Source of the DNA: Eledone cirrhosa
Taxonomy: Eukaryota
Assembly (NCBI GenBank): GCA_964016885.1
Contig: OZ024743.1
Location: forward strand, 43,586,001-43,650,000
Length of the DNA: 64,000 bases
Direction: 5' to 3'
Shown here: in pieces, positions 24,621-39,471 of the stretch
Position numbering within the stretch: position 1 is the first letter of the stretch
How the letters are laid out: every line of letters starts with the position of its first letter
Made by a program: the position numbers and the translations under genes
The notes under the pieces: model-generated
The model's database searches: none
What the model was told of the DNA's origin: nothing
Seen by the model: the letters and a program-made list of their open reading frames with translations, nothing else

Positions 24621-25856
24621 CAGCCCCACCATGCCACTGCCCCGATCGACACCTGTGACAACACATACATATGCATATGTCCATACATGGATATTGTTAT
24701 TTAAGATTGTACATGCACAGATACTTACATGTGTGTGTGCGGGTGGTTGGGTGCGCGTTGGCATGGGGGTGGGTGTATGTACGTGTACGTGTGTGTATGC
24801 GTGTCTGGGTGTGTGGGTTTAGAGTGGGGGGATGCGAGTATGTATTGTGTGTGTGTGGGGGGGGGGGGGGTCATAGGGGATGCAACTGGACCTATACCTG
24901 TGCGTGTGTGCTTGGAACGATGTGAGTTGACAGACACGAATATGAGCTCCATGCGAAAATGGGAACTGTAGACCTCCGTCATTTCCGGAATACGACACCC
25001 GGGTTATGGGCTATTACACTCCACCCCTGTCTCACCTGCTCGTAATGCACAACACACCATGATAGTCTAGAGATTGATTCTGACGCAACCTTTCTAATTT
25101 GGCCAACATCTTCCAAATCTTTCTAACTTTGAGATTGGTCATAACACACACACATTTTATTTGATTATCTTATTTCTTATTTTATTCTTTCATCATCTTA
25201 TTCCTTCTACCATTTTATCATGTTTTTGATTATTTATTTGCTTATATTATTTTATTTTATTCTAACTTATTTTATTTTATTTCATTTTACTCTATTTTTC
25301 TTTATTTTATTCATATTTTTTAGTTTTATACCTTTTCATTTCATGATATTATTTTTTTTATTATTTATTATTTATTTTTTCATTTTTTATTTTCTTCATC
25401 TTATTGTCTTTTATTTCTTCATATGCTTGATACACCCCCCCCCCCCCGCCCCCACCCCCACCACCACCACCGCCACGAGAAATAGTGGTAGGATAGATGC
25501 CAACACACACAGGTCCTTCTAAAATCAACAGCAGCAGGACTTAAATCTGACCCCAGCACCCACACCCATACCAACATAAGGGTAGAGGTCAGATTTACTT
25601 AACAATAACAAAAACAACCACTACCGATTGCCTCACCTCAGAAGGAATTTCTATAGACTTTTGACTGAGGAATGGTCTCTCAACTGACCAATGGGAGGAG
25701 ATGATGCCCTTTGACACTGAAATTCGTTTGTTTAAATTCATATGGTTCCAGTTCCTCATAGAAACAACAACCCAACCAGGAACTGGGCATATCAGAGTAT
25801 TGACAAAGTTAAACACCTCAACAACATGTGGACTCGTCTCTACCACACTAATTCGG

Positions 25857-25911
25857 ACTGCATGAAGAAGTCACAGCCAAAGATGGCTGTCACCGAAATA
25901 TATATAGCAGT
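25857..25911 (+). ncRNA. Hammerhead motif (C3A-degenerate) at the PLE-2 3' end
   Basis: ACUGC-AUGAAGA-..ACAGCCA-AAGA-UGGCUGU..-GAAA-UAUAUA-UA-GCAGU, immediately followed by AAUAAA. Confidence 0.7.
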
Positions 25912-25965
25912 AATAAACGAAACCAAATTTTTTTAATATTTGACTTATTTATTTTAATTTAATGT

Positions 25966-26058
<93 letters not shown>

Positions 26059-26713
26059 GTGTGCGCGTGTGTGTGCGCGCGTGTGTGTGTATGTGTGTGT
26101 GTGTGTGTGCGTGTGTATGTGTGGGTGTGTGTGTATGTGAGTATGTATGTGTGCGTTTGTGCATGCGTGTGTATGTGTATATGCATATATGCATATATAT
26201 TCGTTTAGGTTTTATAAGTTGCAGTCATCACATCATCGCCATGCTTAGGCATAGATGCTTATTTATTAAAAATACCGTTGAGCCACCTTATACAGCTTCA
26301 TGTAGAAATGAGTCTACTCAGCTGACCTACACGAGTGAAACTACTAATTATTCTCGCCTGTTTTCAAATTCCAGTAGAAAGCAACAGATATGCACTGTCC
26401 TAATGAGGGTCATTCGCTTGAAAAGCGCAGAAACAGTTGTCTTTCGCCGCTTCTGCTGGAATCCACTAGAAGGCGTTAACTGTCAGCCTTTATCTATAGC
26501 TGTGCTTTCAATATTCCTATATCTGATGATATACGAAATCCACATATATATATGTATACAGCTATGCAGATGGTAAATTTCAATAACTGTTTCCATCAAT
26601 TGAAACAGTTCTAGTCCTGTAGAACCCCTTTCTTTAATCAAACACACACACACACACACACATACACACACACACACACACACATACACACATACACACA
26701 CACACACACACAT

Positions 26714-27529
<816 letters not shown>

Positions 27530-27974
27530 GTGTGTGTGTGCGTGTGTGTGTGTGTGTGTGTGTAAAATGTAAACAGAAAGAACAGCACAGTATATGGAAG
27601 ATATATATATGATGGCTGCCCGATCGTTATCGAGTATGGCCATTGCACGATGTAACATTTTTAATAATTATCAATTAAGCTATCGCGCAATGCCTGTGCG
27701 TGAAGATTGTTTTTAAAGTGAGGAAAGACGGTGCACTAAGCCAATCCCACTCTCTAAGCGACAGTAGCTATACACCGAAAAGAGAAATGATCAACATCAT
27801 CAGTAACTATTGAGCTGAAGATTGTATATCTCAGTTTCCTGATTTGCCTTCTCCTAGAATAATGCCCTGATACTCCCAGCGGTTTAACCGCGCGATCGGG
27901 TTACCAGCCCCATCATTTCTATGTCCCTGCGTATATATACACATATGTATACATGTATATACATATCTACACGT

Positions 27975-28150
27975 TCTGGACGGTCGTTGACTCATGAGTT
28001 CTTCCGCCCTTTGTCAGGTCTTGTGTTTTGTCCCGCAGGATGTCCAAAATCACCCTCCTCACCAAGTAAACCTGGTGGGGTTGCCGGTTTAGTCATCGAC
28101 AGGTTGTACTGGGTTACATCTTACCAGTAGCACTCAAGAGTGACCCGACA
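27975..28150 (-). mobile_element. Fragment of the 11146 repeat family
   Basis: Reverse-complement similarity to 11160-11285. Confidence 0.55.
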
Positions 28151-28193
<43 letters not shown>

Positions 28194-28198
<5 letters not shown>

Positions 28199-31100
28199 TA
28201 CACAATTATCAAAGTTATATTCAAATCAATTCATTGCTGACAATCGGTTCTTCAAATCTTTCGTTTGGATTCATCGGAGCATTGTCAATGTTTGTACATA
28301 TAATTAACCTCCTATTCAACTGAACAATCATATAGATACATATATATTGATGTTGTGAGCAACAGTTTCGTATTTACAGGGTGTAATGGATGCGACATAT
28401 ATTATACGAGAATTGTACACAAATTCAAATAAAATTAAAAGCACAGAGTGGAATACATGCGACAGATAATACAAGAGAATAGTCTAATAATTAAAGAGGC
28501 ATTGAGAAAGAATGAGGACATAGCAGTACATATGCAAGTGTGTAGAAAGTGCACATGCGTTGGTCATATATATGAGAAGGAAATAAGCAAAGGTATTAGG
28601 CATATATAGATAAATAAATAAATACTGTATGGCAAGCAATTGTGTTAATGTATTAAAAGTTGATGGCGGATTTAATTTGATGATAGTGTTCAATTGTGTA
28701 TGTGTTGAGAAAATCAAAGTTATTGTAGTCTTTTCCATTACATATGTTAAATTATATTTTAGTTATTGTTTATATTATATGTTTTAAGTTAGTTACAGCA
28801 ATGGACTGTAAATTGGTCTTATTGTATTCTTATTCATGGATTAGAGGTGTTCAACAGGTAGTTTTTCCAACGGTTCAATTTCCGGAAGTGAGTGTCAGAT
28901 CCAACATTAAGGGGAGCTAATGCGTAAGGTGAGGTAATTAGCTAATACAATTAAAATATATAGGAATATCAATTATTTAAATTCTTTGCTCTAATACACA
29001 TTATATTGGGATACACGTGAATCTTTGTTACATAATGTTATATATTTATACTTAATTTTAAATACAGTCTATTTTCCTATAATACATTAAAGGTCTCTTT
29101 AGATTGTTATCTATCCATTACTGGACAAGATATAAGTTATGGAAAAATGTATAGTTCTTTACATGTCCAAATAGTTAGATCATCTGTGTAATAATATACA
29201 TTATATTGTGTTAAAAGTTAATCCCTTATATACAATGCTATTAATGTATATATTTAATTATAAATGTATATATCATTTATTATTATTGTATTGTGTTAAA
29301 AGTAAATCCCTTATATACAATGCAATTAATTTAAATATTTAATTATAAATCTATATATAATTTATTATTACATATTACATTAAATGTCTCTACATATTAT
29401 ATATTCATTACTGTATATAATATAATTAAGATATAGTAGTTATATGAAAAGGTGGTAACTTTATGTTTATTTCTAATACTTATTGTAGAGTATAAGGTTA
29501 GAGATAAATAGGAGTTGTGTAGAGGAAAGAGCTGATCAAAGAGTGTGTTGCTGTGGGGGCTGCTAACTCCAAGAGGTGAAGTGTTAATGGTGGTGAGGAA
29601 TTCAAATCTGACATTGTTATATACTAGCAGCTATGTTTAAATTTATGGGACGAGTGTCGGTAGTGGTGCTAGCATAAGGAAAATATCTCTGATATTCTAT
29701 TTAGGAGGTCTAGTTTCGAAAGGATTTTAGTACGGTTCTCTAAAAGACAGAGGTTACACAATTTATTCGGTGGTTTATACGATGTAACCTTACCTACTAC
29801 TTCCCATTGAATTGTATATCGTCTATTCCTAGTTTTCAGAGAGTGTATGTAGCTAGATAAAGAAGTGGAATTGGCTAGATTGTGTTTTTGAAAGAGTGGA
29901 GGTGCAAGTTGTATCTCGTCTTGAAGCAGTTCGAAGTAGAGCCAATATATGTTTTAGAAGAGCTGTTTGCGTTGACTGTGCATGAGTAAATGATGTCTTT
30001 GATTACCTACTACTTCTCATTTAATTGTATATCGTCTATTCCTAGTTTTCACATAGTGTATGTAGCTAGATAAAGAAGTGGAGTTGGCTAGATTGTGTTT
30101 TTTGAAAGAGTGAAGGTGCGATTTGTATCTCGCCTTGAAGCAGTTCGAAATAGAGCTAATATATGTTTTAGAAGAGTTGTTTGCGTTGACCGTGCATGAG
30201 AAAATGATGTCTTTGATTAAGTAATTATTACTTAAGGGGCAAGTTCTATTAGTTCTACAGTTACATTTATTCTGGATGGTTGCTTGCCGGTTACTATGTT
30301 GTGTAGAAGTCTGATTGCTAGGGATAGCACTAGGGTAATGATGGTCGTCATTCCTATTGTTATTGATTTCATTAGTGCTATTACCATTATTACTATTACT
30401 ACTAGGATTTACATGTACTAAGTTTACCTCCTATTGTGTTTTAATTAGTTGGAAATAATTATTAATCTTCCTTTTATTACTACTAGCTATATGGTACGCG
30501 ATGTTAAGTGTGGCAGAGTAAGAGATTTTAATGGTATTTTCATTGATAAGTATTGAGGTATTTGTGGCCGGATGGGAATTTATTTTCTAAGATTGAGAAG
30601 AAAGCCTTAGGCAAGTTGGTAGAGACGTTTAGAATAAAAGGAGGTTGAATAATGTATTAGTTCTTCTTCTATTTTTGTTTTTTGTAATGTTATTTTAGGT
30701 ATTTGTATTCCTGTTAATATTATTATTGTGGTGTTTACGTTGGTGCGAATTAAGTTTGATATTACCTTTCGTATTAAATTTATAGTGGCTAGTAATTTTA
30801 TTATTTTTCCTCGTGGCCATATTGTGAGAAATAATGTTGTAACTATGTGATGTTATAGGTAGGAATTCAATCCCATTGTTATGTCTTCATTAAGCTAAGG
30901 TCTCATTTTAGTATTGGGAATTATTGGTAATTATAGTTGATAATGCCCCGATGGTTGATAATTGTTAAATATGTTTGATAATTCTCCGATGATTACAAAC
31001 GAAAGTTTGGAAGAAACGATTGTCATCAATTAAATGATTTGAACATAACTTTGATAATTGTGTAATTTATATTCCTGCTCTGTAAAACACCTGATGTTCT

Positions 31101-31205
31101 TACATTGAGCTATTTCTCTTACTGGTAATAAGGTAGTAATAAATTACTGCCATTTCCTGTTTCTAGTTGTTTATAGTATATACATAACTATAAATAGTAT
31201 CATTA
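28194..31205 (-). mobile_element. Decayed Penelope-like retroelement PLE-3 with inverted pseudo-LTRs
   Basis: The minus strand gives KFPSGHKY..TIKISYS, NKCNCRTNRTCPL..DIIFSC..KTYIS, STSLSSYIH..QWEVV..CNLCLLE. The left terminus (28194-28290) is inverted relative to 30965-31070. Both termini carry CCGAUGA...GAA hammerhead-like motifs. Confidence 0.82.
30982..31028 (+). ncRNA. Hammerhead-like motif (CCGAUGA core) in the inverted pLTR of PLE-3
   Basis: CCGAUGA-UUACAAAC-GAAA-GUUUGGAA-GAAA-CGAUUG-UC. The partner copy at 28235-28281 (minus strand) retains stem I UGCU/AGCA. Confidence 0.55.
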
Positions 31206-31546
31206 TATATATATATATATATACATATAATAGAGAAAAACGTTTACATATGAGAAATATTTATTGCGTATCGACATGTTGCGCGCGTTTCGCAGAGGGT
31301 TGGTTGAAGATGACGCATTGGAGTTATGGACCCGACTCCAGTATCGATCTGCTACTCAGACTGGCGATGCGCAATAAATATTGTTCATATATAAACGAAA
31401 CTTCCTCGTTTTTTTACTATATACACTGCCTGTGCATAGAGTGTTTGATTTGGTACCAATACCAGTATTTCACCGTACTACCTACACAACATGTATATAT
31501 ATATATATATATATAAGTGTGTGTGTGTGTGTGTATGTATATATAA

Positions 31547-31600
<54 letters not shown>

Positions 31601-31630
31601 ATATATATATATGTATATATTAAGATATAC

Positions 31631-31766
<136 letters not shown>

Positions 31767-32521
31767 TAATATATACGGTATGTTTATTAACATTCTGAAA
31801 GCAACAGCTATGACTAAATCACTGCCGGTCAGCGCCGACGCGCGTTCTCCGGCAGACGCAGGGAGATAACTGCCGATGAAATTCGAACTTGAAAGGTACT
31901 CTTCAGGACGATGTTTCCCTCTCGCTACAACAGGGCTTGTAAATATGCTGACTAGCTTCATTTACATACGAAGCTGTATACGTGGGATCAACTTAAAATA
32001 GAATACAAATTTAGCTTCAACATATCTGTCTACAAATGTGTTAATTTCGTATATCAAAAGATATACGTACGTTTATAAATACACAGCTGTTTACACAAAT
32101 CAGTATTAATTATTTTTATTCCGCCTTTTGTTGTTGCTTTTGTTTGTTGGTGCTGTCACTGTAGTACGGTTGGGGTTGTTTTATTAACTGCGTGATTGTA
32201 GAAGTGTATTTATATGTTTGTGTATGTTTGAATGTGTGTTTGAGATGTGTTTGTGGGCGTTTATGATAATTCAATATATTTATAACGATAAATGAGAACA
32301 TAATCAGCTGACTACACGAATACGTACATATAATTACGTGTACATTCCCTCCCCCCTTGCAGAATCTCAACTACGCCCTAAAATCAGATACTTTCTTAAA
32401 GACTTCTCACAACTTAATGTAAAGTTTATGCCCATATTTGGTCATCGTAATCCACTGAAGCTAGAAATTGTGAAATTGAAAGGGATCAGCCGACAACCCA
32501 CACACATATATATATATATAT

Positions 32522-32740
32522 AGTAATAATAATAAATGTGAAGACTAACATCCAAAGAAGAATCGATAAGGGTAAATATATATCAAATATATAAGAACCC
32601 TAGGGCAAATATTTATTAAGATAACAGATTAAAGTTTAAGCAAAGAATCGCTGCTTCCAACCTTAATGGGGCTTTCAGAAGATCTCCTTAACGGTGAAAG
32701 CAGCGATTCTTTGCTTAAACTTTAACCTGTTATTTTAATA
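32522..32740. mobile_element. Short fold-back repeat family in (TA)n (relatives at 7089-7145 and 36617-36786)
   Basis: 32613-32665 is inverted against 32686-32740. All three loci share aataacagattaaagtttaagcaaagaatcgctgc or a close variant. Confidence 0.7.
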
Positions 32741-32978
32741 TATATATATATGCGTATGTGTGTGTGTATGAGTGTATGTGTCTGTGTGTGCCTGTGGGTG
32801 TGCGCGCGCGCGCGCGCGTGTGTGTGTGTGTCTGTGTGTGTCTGTGTGTCTATGTATGTATAAATATAAATGGATTAAAATAAAATTTATTTCACCCATT
32901 TCACGCCATAAAGCATCTCATATATCCTTTATTATATGCTCATATATGCTAACGTCCATATTTTGCAGAGTATTATTT

Positions 32979-33132
32979 GATTGGCAGTATCGGTATACTT
33001 ACGTCCCTTTACGATCTGAGTTCAAATCCCGCCGAGGTTGACTCTGCCTTTCATCCTTACGGGGTCGATAAAATAAAGTACCAGTAATGCCCTGGAGAAT
33101 TGCTGGTCTTGTACCTAAAGTAGAAACAATTA
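32979..33132 (+). mobile_element. tRNA-derived SINE with an internal deletion
   Basis: gattggcagtatcgg...gagttcaaatcccgccgagg...gtagaaacaattat. Confidence 0.82.
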
Positions 33133-34887
33133 TTTTTTCTAATTATAATTATAATGTTGGTACAATATTTAAGTATATTACGATTAAGATTAAGAGCATA
33201 GCAAGCAAAAACATATATTAAGGGACAATTTGACCGTCATAAGTGTCCAGGCGGTGGTTTCACCATGCTTAGGAATACTAGTTAATTATCATAATTAATT
33301 AGTCAGCGCCAATTCTCACATTGCTCTTTAGTGGTCTAGTCTTAATGTATACCCATTATTAGCCATTATCTCCATGGAATCTTTTTTTGTTCGAAATAAC
33401 AACTGAACGTAACACGTATGGTTATGAAGAATGTATTTTTGTCATATTCTTTCGTATTTGTTTTGTTTATATATCTTGACATTGGTTTTTAAAATAAAGT
33501 TTCAGTTCTTCGTATTAACGAATTTCTCAAATCCAAATTTCATGTAATAGATAGGTGCAGTATATGGATTTTGCTATGCAGCTGTTTATCCAATTATTCT
33601 TAATTGTTCTCTTGATATAGATACTCGGGCCTGTCTTCATGACGCTTACTATTTACATAATTCAATTACAGCTGCCTTTATCTTATATGTCACAGGGAGT
33701 TTTATTTGGTCAATTAGATTATATGTGAATAAGCAAATAGCACCATCAGATAATGGAATCTGAACGTAGAAACATCTAGGAGAAACACAAAGACCCAACA
33801 CATAGAAAAGAGACTCAAAAACAAAGACAACAATAGTGAAGAAAAGCATCGAATACCAAACTTCTAAATAATACAATCAGTAAAACAAAGCCAAATATAA
33901 ACCAATTGTATATACTACATCTAAGGCACCATCCATAAATCCTATGTCAGACATCGGTCACAGTTCCTAGCTCATATTCTAAATCCCAGTTTGGCGAATG
34001 CACTGTTTTCAGGATAGATCTGTCATACTAGACATTTTCTCCGGAACAGATTGAGCAATTCGATTAGGTCAGCGCCGAGAACCTCTTCGAGAAGGTTGCC
34101 GCCCAGAATCTCTCCCAGAACGTTGCCATACATACCAAACACTAGTTCTCTATAGAACATTAGCTTAGATTTCCACGAACCGCATTACTCGACTGATCGC
34201 TTGACAAGAGTCCAGAGGCCAGTCACCCAGACTCAGTGTCCGATTGATCCACGATTAATTAACTCTAGCTCACAGGAGCAATGTTTTATTTAATACAATT
34301 ATTTCAGATGGTTTGTTTTATTCAATACACTAAGTAACTAGTTTCCTTGCCATATTGTACATTTCTACTTATACTATATTCAAATGTTTCGTTGGTCGTG
34401 TTGATTTGTTTAGAATACATAATCTAATAACACCTTATGTTTAGGCGTTGCTTTCGCGATTATTTGCTTTGCTAGTTATGGCTAGGAATACGCATGTTTC
34501 CTCGTGGGATCATCGGAGCTTAACACATTTAATGAAAGCATGGTGCATACGAGCATACGACCAATCCATGCTAGCGTGGTTGTGAAGAACGAAGATTTTG
34601 GGCGTGTATTAAATTTGATGTTCATGTGTATATATTCGTTCGTTCAATAGTTTGTTGAAAGCAACAAAGCTATGGTAATTTTGCGTCACTGCTTCCATGC
34701 ATGATTTATGATATGTGTATTTCGTTAATGTTTAATCCACTGGTAAAGGGTGAATTGCGTCGACTATATGTCTATTCCATGAGAGCTTGTCCCAGACACA
34801 CATACAAGAGTCAATGAGTTTTCAAACAGTTCATGTACATCACACCATTGTCTCTTATGGAGATATTATATAAAGATATACATATAT

Positions 34888-35415
34888 ATATATATACATG
34901 AGAGGAATGAACACCGATACAAGTATACATGTGTTCGAATTGCAAATGACCAAGTTTGCTAACATTAGTCCCATAAAACCGGCTGCTATTTTTAGCGGCA
35001 CGAGTATGAGACACTCTAGGAGCTGTAACATGTGCGTTTACCAACACATAGTTCAGTCTTCGTTGATCCTTTGAAGTGAATGGTACGAATTTCCTGGATA
35101 CACGCTGAAGAGCACATGAATGGTGATTTTCACTTAATAATTGTTGCGGAACAGATTTAGATCGGTCCGAGTATCAAACGGCGGTTGCCCAATATAGGTT
35201 TGTTATTTTTATTGATTTATTACTTTAAATTGAGACAGGCAAATCATGTTGTTTTAAATTATTATTTTTTCAACTTAGCTAACTTGATCATTTACAATTG
35301 GAACACATGTATACTTGTGTCGGTGTTCACCCCTCTCATATGTTCAATTGTATTACACGGCGCGGAAAGATTCCTTTATTTAATTGTATCCTACTATTTT
35401 GAGTTTCTAACTCAA
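34888..35415. mobile_element. Fold-back dispersed repeat, same family as 26768-27422
   Basis: 34888-34960 is inverted against 35272-35340, with internal homology to 27026-27275. Confidence 0.62.
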
Positions 35416-35421
35416 TATATG

Positions 35422-35457
<36 letters not shown>

Positions 35458-36334
35458 AAATTAAGACTGCACCCCACACAATTAGTAAGCGTTCAGATGT
35501 TTTTGAACACATGTCAAAAAATGTATAAAGTACATTCTTGAAATTCTTAACAAGATATGGTTTCTGAGGAAAGCCGAACCTCTACACCAACCGGCATCAA
35601 CAGGAACAGGGCTACCGTATTACATTGAATCCAACTCACTCGTACGTCGATGTGAACGTAAAGTAGTTAATGCATTCACGGCGTAATGGACATCCATTGC
35701 CCTTGGCTAATTCTTGAAACTCTGTCAAACACTACACTACTACATTAACTAACTGTATTTCCTACGTACCTGCTCATTCCACCCTGTTGTTTAGGACAAT
35801 GACAACCATTCTCTTAGCCCCCTCCCCAACATTATATTTGTGCATTTCTTTACGATGTTGATAAAATACACCATTCCTTTACTCCTCTATCTTCGTGTGT
35901 GTACGTGACCATGTAAATAGGAGCGTGCCCTTCAGTTGTGTGTCCCTCATAATCTTACGCACATACATTCTACCCGCTACACAACAACTAGAATAGAATA
36001 ATTATTCTCTAAAGACCTTTGGATGCCAATGGAAAATATTTGCAATGATAATTTGATTCATATTACTATGGATGATATTAGTTAATACTCGATAATATAT
36101 TCCACTATTCCGATCAGTTATGGAGGTGTGCCATCTCTTCAATTCAAACATATATGTCACAGAATGATTTAACCATTGGCAAGAAAATCGATCAAAGTCA
36201 TAGGAATTAAACCCGTTTGTCAAATCTGAAGTCCAGTGAATTAGTATTAGGCTATAAACGAAAATCGCTATAATGCAGTACACTGCGACTTAACATATAT
36301 CTAAGGTTATTGTATTTAGAAAGACAGAGAGAAG

Positions 36335-36405
<71 letters not shown>

Positions 36406-36448
36406 TATATATACATATATATTATATATATATATACATATATATATA

Positions 36449-36492
<44 letters not shown>

Positions 36493-36549
36493 TGTATACA
36501 CATAATATTTATATATATATATGTATATATATATATGTATAATTATATA

Positions 36550-36616
<67 letters not shown>

Positions 36617-36618
<2 letters not shown>

Positions 36619-36786
36619 TAATAATAATAAATGTGAAGACTAAAATTCAAAGAGGACTCGATAAGGATAAAGATACATCAGATATATAAGAACGGTAGAG
36701 CAAATGCTTAAAATAACAGTCTCAGAAGATCCCGTTAAGGGCGAAAGCAGCGATTCTTTGGTAAAACTCTAATCTGTTATTTTAAT
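36617..36786. mobile_element. Member of the 32522 short repeat family
   Basis: gtaataataataaatgtgaagactaa...gaaagcagcgattcttt is shared with 32522-32740. Confidence 0.7.
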
Positions 36787-36792
36787 AAATAT

Positions 36793-38009
<1,217 letters not shown>

Positions 38010-38155
38010 GCAAAGGGGATATTTAAATTGTTGGTAATTCAACAAATCTAAATGTTTATAACTGATTCAAAGCACTCAACATATTTTCTGGAGTATAATG
38101 TTCAATGATATTAAATATATGGAAACTCTATTTATAAAACTATATATATAAATAA

Positions 38156-38490
<335 letters not shown>

Positions 38491-38498
38491 ATATATAT

Positions 38499-38526
<28 letters not shown>

Positions 38527-38529
<3 letters not shown>

Positions 38530-39337
38530 GATAAAGAACACAAGAGCGTCTACAACATCAACAGATTTTTATTGGCTTACAATGTTTCTTCCTTACGTAA
38601 CCGTAGGATTCGTCAGAGCTATAAAAGGGGTTTGATTGGTGTTATGGACTCTACCAACCAAACATTCAAGAACAAAGAGTAAAGAGAGTAAAGAGCAAAA
38701 GTAGGGGACGATAAGTTTAATTTTGGTGCGGGAGGGTGGGGTGTGGGTCCTTGTTTACTAGCTGCGGTCATATTCATTCCCGGGAGTCGAGTGGTTAGCT
38801 GAACCATAGATGGGGTGGCGTCGATATTAGGGTGCAGAGGGTGTGCAGAGGCTACACAAACACAAAGGGCATACAATATATATATATATAACGGAGGAGA
38901 AAGTACATGAGGTAATTAGAAATGGAAAAAGAGTAATAATAATAATCTATAATTAATAATGTATAATAAGGCATGGGCAAGATTACACTATAATAAGGTA
39001 TAAAAGTAAGAATAAGGTAAAATATAAAGGAGGATAAAAGTGGAAATAATAAAGATAAAAAAATATATATGTAAAAAAATATATAGAAAATATATAAAGA
39101 AATATAAGCGAATATTTGGAGGGGAAAACACAACGTAAAAAAACCGATCTTTTCAAATAAAAATATTATAATTATGGGGGGAGAAAACGGGATAGAGAAA
39201 TATGATCAAATGTGATTAGTTGAGGGAATATAAGATGATAATAGTTATGTCAAGTTTATACATCTTAATAATAAATAATCTGTGTATCAGAGTTACAGAA
39301 CTTTCAATTCACTTGCAGGTTCAAGCCACGTGGCATA
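38527..39337 (-). mobile_element. Second copy of the 3884 repeat
   Basis: Reverse complement of 3884-4700, with the same 5' boundary (TATGCCACGTGGC). Confidence 0.85.
38575..38619 (-). ncRNA. Minimal hammerhead ribozyme motif
   Basis: GCU-CUGACGA-A-UCCUACG-GUUA-CGUAAGGA-A-GAAA-CAUUG-UA-AGC, then AAUAAA. Confidence 0.7.
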
Positions 39338-39435
39338 TAATATACATATATATATATATGTATATTATATATATATATATATATTAAATATATATATATA
39401 TATATGTATATACATAATATATATATAGATATATT

Positions 39436-39471
<36 letters not shown>

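Larger units (their letters stand above)
22952..25966 (+). mobile_element. 5'-truncated Penelope-like retroelement PLE-2
   Basis: RT-thumb and GIY-YIG remnants, a long 3' UTR, a terminal hammerhead plus AATAAA, and microsatellites on both flanks. Confidence 0.85.
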
